From Longimicrobium sp. (GTDB lineage: Bacteria > Gemmatimonadota > Gemmatimonadetes > Longimicrobiales > Longimicrobiaceae), in NCBI GenBank assembly GCA_036377595.1, contig DASUYB010000175.1, forward strand, positions 21,191 to 85,190: DNA of 64,000 nucleotides, read 5' to 3'. Positions 9,790 to 42,213 of the stretch are shown piece after piece. Position numbers and translations under genes: made by a program. The first letter of the stretch is position 1. Each line of letters opens with the position of its first letter. The notes below the pieces were generated by a model that saw only the letters and a program-made list of their open reading frames with translations, had not been told where the DNA came from and ran no database searches.

Positions 9790-9948
9790 ATCCGCCGACG
9801 CACACCATCTCGCGATGCGATTCTGGGAACATCTGTCCCACGAGCGGACACCCGGCGGCGGCGCGGCCGGCAGGGCGAGGTGCCGGCACGGAAAGGAACG
9901 CCGGCGGCGGAGTGCTACCGGAACGGCAGACGGTTGTGCCCAGCCATG

Positions 9949-11760
9949 TCAGGGTTGGGAACAAATGTACACGAAATCGGGCTGTAAAGGCAAGCCCTGA
10001 AACAACTTCCAGTTCCACGAACCGTCCCCCGCGGGCGCGAATCCGAGGTCCGGATACATCCGCGCGGCCACCGCGTTCTTCTCGCTGGGCACGAAGTGCC
10101 CCACCAGCGTGTGCCCGCCGCGCGCGGCCACGAGGCGCGCGAGCTCGGCCAGGAGGCACGCCTCCACCCGGCGGCCGATCACCCGGCAGCTGAGGAGGAA
10201 GGAGTCGACGTCCCACACGCCGTCGCCGCGCGGGGTGGCCAGCGCCACGCCGACCAGGCCGTTGTCGCCGAAGCGGTCGGCCACGCGCATCCACACCCCG
10301 ATCCCCCCGCTGTCGAGCATCGCGGCCACTTCGGAGGCGGTGTGGCGGCGGGTGGTGAGGTTGAACTGGTTGGTCTTCTGGAGGAGCTGGGCCACGCGGG
10401 GGAGCGTGGCGTCGTCGATCTCCCCCATCGTCACCTGCATCTCCAGCGAGCGCAGGAATTCCTCCACGGAGCCGCTGCCGACCTGCGCCTCGCGCCGCTG
10501 CCGCTCGGCGCGGTAGAGGTCGGCGCGGCGGCCGTCCTCCTCGGTCAGCACGGGGTGGTCGAAGAGCTCGGCGGCCTCCAGCGCCTCGACGTAGCCCGTG
10601 GGCGACGCGGGGACGTCGACCACCGCCACCTGCGGGAGCCGCGAGCGCACCCATTCGCGCTCGACGGGGTTGTCGTCGAAGAACGCGAGCGAGTCGACGC
10701 CGATGTTGAGCTCGCGGGCGATGGCCAGCAGCGAGGTGGCCTTGTCTTCCCAGCTGATCTGCAGCGCGGCGAAGTCGGAGGAGCGCAGGACGCAGTCGGG
10801 ATGGCCGTCGAGCACCTCCAGCGCGTCGGCCGGGTTGTTCTTGCTGGCCACGGCCAGGAGCACGCCGCGCGAGCGGAGCCGCTTGACGTGCCGCTGGAAG
10901 CTGCTGAAGACGTTCCCCGGATAGTCGGCGCCGAGCTTGATCCCCCCCGGCCCGTCCTCGCCCAGCACGCCGCCCCACAGGGTGTTGTCGAGGTCGAGCA
11001 CCAGGCACTTGCGCGGCGGCATGCGCAGGCTGCGGAGCCGCCGCGCCAGCGCCCGGCCGATCTCCTGCTGCGCGGCGGCGCTGAAGGGGATGCGCCCCAG
11101 GTGCGCCAGCCGGGCGTCGCTCCAGCGTGCCAGGCCCACCTCGGCCGCCACGCGCGCCAGGTCGAAGACGAAGCAGCCGGGCACCGCCGCGCAGGCGCGC
11201 GCGATCGCGTCGTTGACGGCCGCGATCGCGGAGGCGATGGAGACGGACTGGCCGCCGTCGGCGACGCCCGCCGGGGCGTAGCGCGGCGGCGCGTGGTTGA
11301 AGACCAGCAGCGCCGCGTCGGTCCGGGCGCGGGCGCCCTCCAGCAGCGCGGTGATGCGCCGCTCCACCGCGGCCACCTCGGCGGCGACGTCGTCCGCGTC
11401 CATCGTCAGCAGCTCGTCGAGCAGCGCCGGCGCCAGGTCCTCGGCGCGCGTGGCGACGACGACCACGTCCGGCCGCCGCGCCAGGGTCGGGCTGCCGGCG
11501 TCGAGCAGCTGCTGCTCGAGCTGGCCGTAGGGCCCGAACTCGACGTCGATGCCCAGGCCGCGCCGGGCGCCCTCGACCGTCAGGTAGGGCGCCAGCACGT
11601 CGGCGGTGAAGGAGGCGACGACGGAGACGCGCAGGGGAACGAGCGCCTCGTCGTGCGCGGCGGACTGGACCGCGCGCGCCGCCTCGAGGTACGCCGCGGG
11701 CGACGCACCGCTTTCCGGTAGGAACTCCAGGGCCAAGCTAGGAACCTCTTTCTTTCGCAA
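9949..11760 (-). CDS. fkbH: FkbH-like protein (HAD-superfamily IIIC phosphatase/acyltransferase that loads a glyceryl unit onto a carrier protein)
   Basis: 603 aa. HAD motif I CLVLDLDNTLWGG, motif II LLAVASKNN, motif III FFDDNP, and the FkbH-typical TNQFNLTTRR plus a GNAT-like C-terminal part. The track start at 11760 is a TTG. An alternative TTG at 11736 is preceded by AAGAAAGAGG, so the exact start is uncertain. Confidence 0.85.
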   Translation of the reverse strand: MRKKEVPSLALEFLPESGASPAAYLEAARAVQSAAHDEALVPLRVSVVASFTADVLAPYLTVEGARRGLGIDVEFGPYGQLEQQLLDAGSPTLARRPDVVVVATRAEDLAPALLDELLTMDADDVAAEVAAVERRITALLEGARARTDAALLVFNHAPPRYAPAGVADGGQSVSIASAIAAVNDAIARACAAVPGCFVFDLARVAAEVGLARWSDARLAHLGRIPFSAAAQQEIGRALARRLRSLRMPPRKCLVLDLDNTLWGGVLGEDGPGGIKLGADYPGNVFSSFQRHVKRLRSRGVLLAVASKNNPADALEVLDGHPDCVLRSSDFAALQISWEDKATSLLAIARELNIGVDSLAFFDDNPVEREWVRSRLPQVAVVDVPASPTGYVEALEAAELFDHPVLTEEDGRRADLYRAERQRREAQVGSGSVEEFLRSLEMQVTMGEIDDATLPRVAQLLQKTNQFNLTTRRHTASEVAAMLDSGGIGVWMRVADRFGDNGLVGVALATPRGDGVWDVDSFLLSCRVIGRRVEACLLAELARLVAARGGHTLVGHFVPSEKNAVAARMYPDLGFAPAGDGSWNWKLFQGLPLQPDFVYICSQP

Positions 11761-11782
11761 GATCGGTAAGATGATGACGGAG

Positions 11783-11851
11783 AGTCCTAAGTCCTGAGTC
11801 CTAAGTCCTAAGTGGTTCGTTTTCTGTCACTTAGGACTTAGGACTTGGGAC

Positions 11852-11859
<8 letters not shown>
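11783..11859. repeat. Heptamer palindromic element, copy 2: 32-nt arms of four heptamers each and a 13-nt loop
   Basis: Left arm AGTCCTAAGTCCTGAGTCCTAAGTCCTAAGTG at 11783-11814. Loop GTTCGTTTTCTGT at 11815-11827. Right arm CACTTAGGACTTAGGACTTGGGACTTAGGACT at 11828-11859. The NRPS-B stop codon TAA (complement of 11852-11854) lies inside the right arm. Confidence 0.95.
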
Positions 11860-38188
<26,329 letters not shown>

Positions 38189-38210
38189 GCCTGGGGTACC
38201 GGGGAAAAAT

Positions 38211-38350
38211 GCCTACAAAGTGCACGCGGACCCGCTGGCTGCGGGTCCGGCGTGATCACGGTCTGCCTGCGCGTGAGTGCGCGGGCGTGGCAGGTAAGTG
38301 ACACGGGGTCAACCGCTTGGATACAAATCAAAGCGGCAAATGTTTCCCGA
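38211..38350 (-). repeat. Tandem-duplicated leader segment, proximal copy A; it ends 22 nt upstream of the NRPS-B ATG
   Basis: 38211-38261 is identical over 51 nt to 38449-38499. 38323-38350 matches 38561-38588 at 26 of 28 positions. The central ~49 nt match at only about 31 of 49. It contains the hairpin at 38223-38254: CACGC-(G)-GGACCCGC loop GCGGGTCC-GCGTG. Confidence 0.9.
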
Positions 38351-38448
38351 AAAGCGCACCGGCGGTCGAGGTGACCGTGGTGGACGGCGGCGTGGTCAGC
38401 CCCCGGCCCCGCGGGGAGAGAGGCACGCCTTGGATCCCGCGGAAGAAC

Positions 38449-38588
38449 GCCTACAAAGTGCACGCGGACCCGCTGGCTGCGGGTCCGGCGTGATCACGGC
38501 CTGCCCGCGCGCGGCTGCGCGGACATGTAGCGTAAGTGCCAATATATCAACATCTTGAAAACAAATCAATGCGGCAAGTGTTTCCCGA
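38449..38588 (-). repeat. Tandem-duplicated leader segment, distal copy B (238-bp period)
   Basis: See copy A. The hairpin is at 38461-38492. The centre of this copy is AT-rich and carries the promoter-like hexamers listed separately. Confidence 0.9.
38541..38569 (-). promoter_or_regulatory. Candidate sigma70-type promoter for NRPS-B: TTGATT, 17-nt spacer, TATATT
   Basis: The minus strand reads cacttgccgcaTTGATTtgttttcaagatgttgaTATATTggcac. The -35 is the complement of 38564-38569 and the -10 is the complement of 38541-38546. It sits in an AT-rich island within otherwise GC-rich DNA. At the equivalent position copy A reads CCCCGT instead of TATATT. Confidence 0.35.
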
Positions 38589-38741
38589 GAGACGGTGACG
38601 TCTCCTGCCGATGTCTCCACGGAGTCATCGGGGTCATCGGAGGGATCCGTGGGAGGCAGTCCCTCCGTCGACTTCGATGACTCCGCGTGATACCGGATTG
38701 AACGAATGGCTGTGCGTTCGATTGGATCTGATGAGAATAGT

Positions 38742-38815
38742 CTCACACGGAGGGAACGGAGGAAACGGAGGGTTTGCTCATCATCCCTCCGTTTCCTCCG
38801 TTCCCTCCGTGTGAG
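38742..38815 (-). terminator. Perfect 31-bp-arm palindrome (12-nt loop) 63 nt downstream of the ACP gene; candidate terminator or RNA-stability hairpin
   Basis: CTCACACGGAGGGAACGGAGGAAACGGAGGG at 38742-38772. Loop tttgctcatcat at 38773-38784. CCCTCCGTTTCCTCCGTTCCCTCCGTGTGAG at 38785-38815, with no mismatches. The arms contain three AACGGAGG-like direct repeats. No clean U-tract follows. Confidence 0.4.
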
Positions 38816-38877
38816 TCATTCTGTTGGGTCAGATCGCCCGATCAATCCGCAGATTCGGTGTGAGGCTGGCGGCGCGG

Positions 38878-39141
38878 TCAGCCCTGCAGCGACACCACGG
38901 CCGCGCGGAGCGTCGCCGGCGTCCTGAAGGTCTCCGGCATCAGCAGGTCGTCGGTGAACGTCACGCCGAACTCGGTCTCCACCTCCAGCAGCAGGTCGAT
39001 GATCCGCATGGAGTCGAGGCCCAGCGTCTTCAGCTCGGTGTCCATCGGCACCTCGAGCGCGGCGGGGTGGCCCAGCACGCGGCGGATGGCCTTGAGCACG
39101 CGGGCGTCGGTGGCGTCGGCGGTCAGCAGAGTGGCATCCAT
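38878..39141 (-). CDS. Free-standing acyl carrier protein
   Basis: 87 aa with LKTLGLDSMRIIDLLLEVETEFGV, a phosphopantetheine-site DS motif in a typical helix II context. The ATG lies 1 nt after the upstream stop. Confidence 0.88.
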   Translation of the reverse strand: MDATLLTADATDARVLKAIRRVLGHPAALEVPMDTELKTLGLDSMRIIDLLLEVETEFGVTFTDDLLMPETFRTPATLRAAVVSLQG

Positions 39142-39142
39142 C

Positions 39143-40339
39143 TCAGGCGCGTCCGTTGAAGTGGGGGAGGAAGTCGCGCATCCGGCGGACGCCCTCCACG
39201 ATGTGCTCCTCGGTGGCCCCGAAGGAGAGGCGCAGGAAGCCCTCGCCGGCCTGGCCGAAGAAGATCCCGGGGAGGGTGACCACGCCGGCGTCGCGCGCCA
39301 GCGCCTCGGCCAGCGCGTTCGAGTCGGAGGTGATCCCCCGCACGTCGAGGAAGACGAAGAGCGAGCCCTCCGACGGCGTGGAGGGAAGCCCCAGCTCCTC
39401 GTCGATCGCCCGGCACAGGAGGAGGCGCTTGGCGGAGAGCTCGTCGCGCGTGTAGGAGAGCCAGCGCGGATCGCGGAACGCCTCGCGCGCCACGATCTGC
39501 GAGACGGAGCTGGCGCACATCACCGTGTAGGTGTGGATCGCGTTCGTCGCCTGGGCCAGCGCGCGCGGCGAGAGCACCCAGCCCAGCCGCATCCCCATCA
39601 GCGAGCAGCACTTGGAGAGGCCGCCCACCACGATGGCCCGGTCGGTCAGCTCGCCCATCGAGGTCGGGCAGCGGCCGTAGAAGAGCTCGCGGTAGATCTC
39701 GTCGGCCACGATCCAGCACCCGCTGGCCTCGGTCACGCGCACCAGCCCCTCCACCTGCTCGCGGGAGAAGGTCCGTCCCGTGGGATTGCACGGGTTGGAG
39801 AGGACCACGGCGCGCGTGCGCGGGCCGATCAGCCCGGCGATGGCGTTAAGGTCCAGGTCGAACCCCTCGTCGGGCGAGCAGGGCGCGGCCACCACCTCGA
39901 TCCCGAGGATCTCGGCGATGCGGCGGAAGCACCAGAAGTTCGGCTCCACCACGATCACCTGGTCGCCCGGGTCGGCCACGGCGCCCAGCGCGGCGAACAG
40001 CCCCTCCATCGCCCCCACGGTGATGACGACCTGGTCGACGGAGGTGACGTGGCCGAACCCGTGGTGGGCGCGCACCGCCTCGCGCAGCTCCGGGTCGCCC
40101 GCGCCGATGGTGTAGCCCAGCGGCTCGCGCAGGTACGCCCCGAACCCCGCCTCCAGCAGCTCCGCGGACGGGCCCTGGCGCGGCTCGCCCACCGACAGGT
40201 CGACCGAGTCTTCCCGGCGGATGGAGAGGAGCCGCCGCAGCGCCGAGGTGCTCAGCCGCGCGGCGCGTGCGGACGGCCCGAGGACGCGCCGCTCCGTCTC
40301 CAGCGGGAGGGAGGGGACGGCGGAGAGGACGGCGCTCAC
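39143..40339 (-). CDS. PLP-dependent aminotransferase, class I/II (AspC-like fold)
   Basis: This is the C-terminal 398 codons of the track ORF 39143..41329. Motifs: SNPCNPTG, the PLP-lysine context GGLSKCCSLMGMRLGW, and LRLSFG near the C-terminus. I call the start at the GTG at 40339-40337, which overlaps the methyltransferase stop as GTGA. The upstream part of the 728-aa ORF overlaps the methyltransferase gene in another frame and is Arg/Pro-rich. Confidence 0.82.
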   Translation of the reverse strand: MSAVLSAVPSLPLETERRVLGPSARAARLSTSALRRLLSIRREDSVDLSVGEPRQGPSAELLEAGFGAYLREPLGYTIGAGDPELREAVRAHHGFGHVTSVDQVVITVGAMEGLFAALGAVADPGDQVIVVEPNFWCFRRIAEILGIEVVAAPCSPDEGFDLDLNAIAGLIGPRTRAVVLSNPCNPTGRTFSREQVEGLVRVTEASGCWIVADEIYRELFYGRCPTSMGELTDRAIVVGGLSKCCSLMGMRLGWVLSPRALAQATNAIHTYTVMCASSVSQIVAREAFRDPRWLSYTRDELSAKRLLLCRAIDEELGLPSTPSEGSLFVFLDVRGITSDSNALAEALARDAGVVTLPGIFFGQAGEGFLRLSFGATEEHIVEGVRRMRDFLPHFNGRA

Positions 40340-41433
40340 GAGTGCGCCGCTCCGTTGCCGTTCCCGTTGCCGAGCTTGCCCAGGTAGAAGCGCAGCCGCG
40401 CGTTGGGCGAGATCAGCTCGTGGCGGATCAGCGTGCAGCCGGCGTCCTCCACGATGCCGCGCCAGTCGTCGGGCCAGCGGGGCGAGCCCTGCAGCGAAAG
40501 CGGGTGGATGAACCAGTAGTTCAGCGCCCCGGTCTGCCCGGCGGGGTCCGCCGCCAGCCCGTCGACGTCGGGCGGCTCGCTCTCGAAGAAGATGAAGTGC
40601 CGCCCCGGGAGCGTCTTGCGCAGCGACGTGAGGGTCTCGACGATGGCCTGGCGCCCGCCGCGACCCATCTCGTGCAGGATGTACATCGCGGTCACCACGT
40701 CCACGCCGTCGGCGATGCTGGCGGGAAGCGGCAGGCCGTCGGGCCCGAGCTCGGCCACGTGCCAGGCGATGCGGTTCTCCAGCCCGAAGTCGCGGGCGTG
40801 CTCGCGGGCCATCTCCACCGCGTCGGCGTCCATGTCCACCCCGATCGCCTGCAGCCCGTCGAACTGGCGCGCCAGCTGGATCAGGAACCCGCCGGTCCCG
40901 CACCCCAGGTCCAGCACCCGCGACGCGCCGATCTCCTGCATCACCGAAAGCACCTTGGGGATCCCGGAGATGCAGTTGATCTCCTCCGTCCCCTTGGCCG
41001 CGTGCTTGGTCGAGCGGTGCAGGTCGGAGAGCTGGATCTCGCCCCGCGCGGCGCGGTTCAGGTTCTGGAGGATGCCGCCGTAGCCGCCCACGTACAGGTC
41101 GATCAGCCCGCGGAAGTAGCTGTTGTGGTACTTCCGACCGCGCTCGGAGAGACCGTAGTGCTCGCCGTCGCGGGTGAGGAAGCCGAGCGCGTTCAGGTAG
41201 ACGATGCAGGTCTCGAAGACGGTGCGGTCCACCGCCAGCTCCGCCACCACCTCGTCCACGGTGAAGCGCGGGTGCGACTTGGCGTACTCGTAGAAGCCGT
41301 TGTCCCACAGGGCCAGCAGCGCCTGGCACAGGAAGTAGTGGGTGACCAGCTCCCGGATCTCGGGCATCAGCGAGCGGTCCGTTCCCAGGAGCGTAGCCGC
41401 CTCGCGGCCCTCGTCCAGAAGGTCGATGGTCAT
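40336..41433 (-). CDS. Class I SAM-dependent methyltransferase with an N-terminal winged-helix/dimerisation-like region
   Basis: 365 aa. SAM motif I RVLDLGCGTGGFL, followed by GVDMD and post-I/II-like segments. The ATG at 41433 overlaps the PPTase stop as ATGA. Confidence 0.85.
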   Translation of the reverse strand: MTIDLLDEGREAATLLGTDRSLMPEIRELVTHYFLCQALLALWDNGFYEYAKSHPRFTVDEVVAELAVDRTVFETCIVYLNALGFLTRDGEHYGLSERGRKYHNSYFRGLIDLYVGGYGGILQNLNRAARGEIQLSDLHRSTKHAAKGTEEINCISGIPKVLSVMQEIGASRVLDLGCGTGGFLIQLARQFDGLQAIGVDMDADAVEMAREHARDFGLENRIAWHVAELGPDGLPLPASIADGVDVVTAMYILHEMGRGGRQAIVETLTSLRKTLPGRHFIFFESEPPDVDGLAADPAGQTGALNYWFIHPLSLQGSPRWPDDWRGIVEDAGCTLIRHELISPNARLRFYLGKLGNGNGNGAAHS

Positions 41434-42206
41434 TCGAATACCTCTTGGTTGTCAGGAAGATGGAAGCCCAGCGGAAGCCGGGGGAGCGGCTCGGCCCGGG
41501 GAACGCGCGTGGCCCACGCCAGCGTCACCAGGTCGCGGTCGACGACCAGGAAGCGCCCCTCCACCGGCATGGCCGCCCACCCGCGCAGGTCGGCCGGGAG
41601 CGAGGCCACGCGCCACCGCCCCACGGCCACGTCGAGCCGGATGCCGACCTCGAGGAAGTCGATGAAGCGGCGCGCGTGGGGATAGAGCGCCTTGTACAGC
41701 GCCTCTTTCGCGGAGAAGATCACCTTGTAGGGATCGATCCCGCCGCCGGACCACGCGGGCGCGGCGCGCAGCTCCTCCACGGTGCAGATCAGCCCGCGCA
41801 GCTCGGGCGAGAGCGGCTCGATCGAGTCCAGGTCGGCCCCCAGCGCGGGGACGTCGTCGGTCCGCGCCGCCACCGCCAGGCAGATCTCGCGGCTGTGGGA
41901 GATGGTGCCCACGTACCCCTTGGCCCACACCGGCTCGCGGTTGGCGCCCACGGGGATGGCGCGGTGGGGCAGCCCCAGCGCCGAGAGCGCGGCCCGGGCG
42001 CACCGCCGCCCGGTGGAGAACTCGCGCACCCGCTGCGGCACCGCCCGCGCCACCGCCTGGCGCTCCACGGGATGGAGCGCGTGGTGGTGGTCGCCGATCT
42101 CGTGGACGTCGAGCGCCGCGCCCGCGGGAAGGATCGCCCGGAGGCGGTGGGCCAGGCGGCTGGCGCGCGCGTGCCGCCCGGTGAGGGTGTTCAGCGATAC
42201 GGGCAC
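41430..42206 (-). CDS. 4'-phosphopantetheinyl transferase (EntD/Sfp-type)
   Basis: 258 aa. REFSTGRRCARAAL, EPVWAKGYVGTISHS, the metal-binding LGADLD, and FSAKEALYKA, in canonical order. GTG start at 42206, 7 nt after the NRPS-A stop. Confidence 0.88.
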   Translation of the reverse strand: MPVSLNTLTGRHARASRLAHRLRAILPAGAALDVHEIGDHHHALHPVERQAVARAVPQRVREFSTGRRCARAALSALGLPHRAIPVGANREPVWAKGYVGTISHSREICLAVAARTDDVPALGADLDSIEPLSPELRGLICTVEELRAAPAWSGGGIDPYKVIFSAKEALYKALYPHARRFIDFLEVGIRLDVAVGRWRVASLPADLRGWAAMPVEGRFLVVDRDLVTLAWATRVPRAEPLPRLPLGFHLPDNQEVFE

Positions 42207-42213
42207 GGTGACC

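Noticed and set aside
9669-9851. A 60-aa minus-strand ORF and overlapping plus-strand ORFs in the fkbH-permease spacer.
   Set aside because: They have no motifs and atypical codon usage, and they overlap the palindromic or regulatory region. They are more likely non-coding.
38522-38541. A sigma54-like TGGCAC next to the AT island (minus strand TGGCACttacgCTACA).
   Set aside because: The -12 element lacks the conserved GC (CTAC versus TTGC). The paralogous copy A has TGTCAC, which disrupts the conserved GG of the -24 element. Neither copy has both halves.
38396-38746. The 116-aa minus-strand ORF in the ACP / NRPS-B gap, and the two MHFVG... ORFs that start inside the duplicated 51-mer (38185..38463 and 37269..38225).
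   Set aside because: The starts are non-ATG. The first ORF begins inside the palindrome arm. Its early codons end mostly in A or T, unlike every real gene here, which is strongly GC3-biased. The MHFVG ORFs are simply the repeated non-coding block read through, and one overlaps NRPS-B out of frame.
38742-38784. A 13-codon mini-ORF (ATG ATG AGC AAA CCC TCC GTT TCC TCC GTT CCC TCC GTG TGA) starting in the loop of the 31-bp palindrome on the minus strand, just after GGAGGG.
   Set aside because: The SD-to-ATG spacing is only 1-4 nt. The peptide is simply the translation of the repeat arm. A stop codon arises by symmetry. There is no independent support, so it is treated as coincidence.
40340-41329. 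The N-terminal 330 aa of the 728-aa track ORF 39143..41329.
   Set aside because: This part overlaps the well-supported methyltransferase gene (40336..41433) in another frame and is Arg/Pro/Gly-rich. Aminotransferase homology starts only after the GTG at 40339, which forms a GTGA overlap with the methyltransferase stop.
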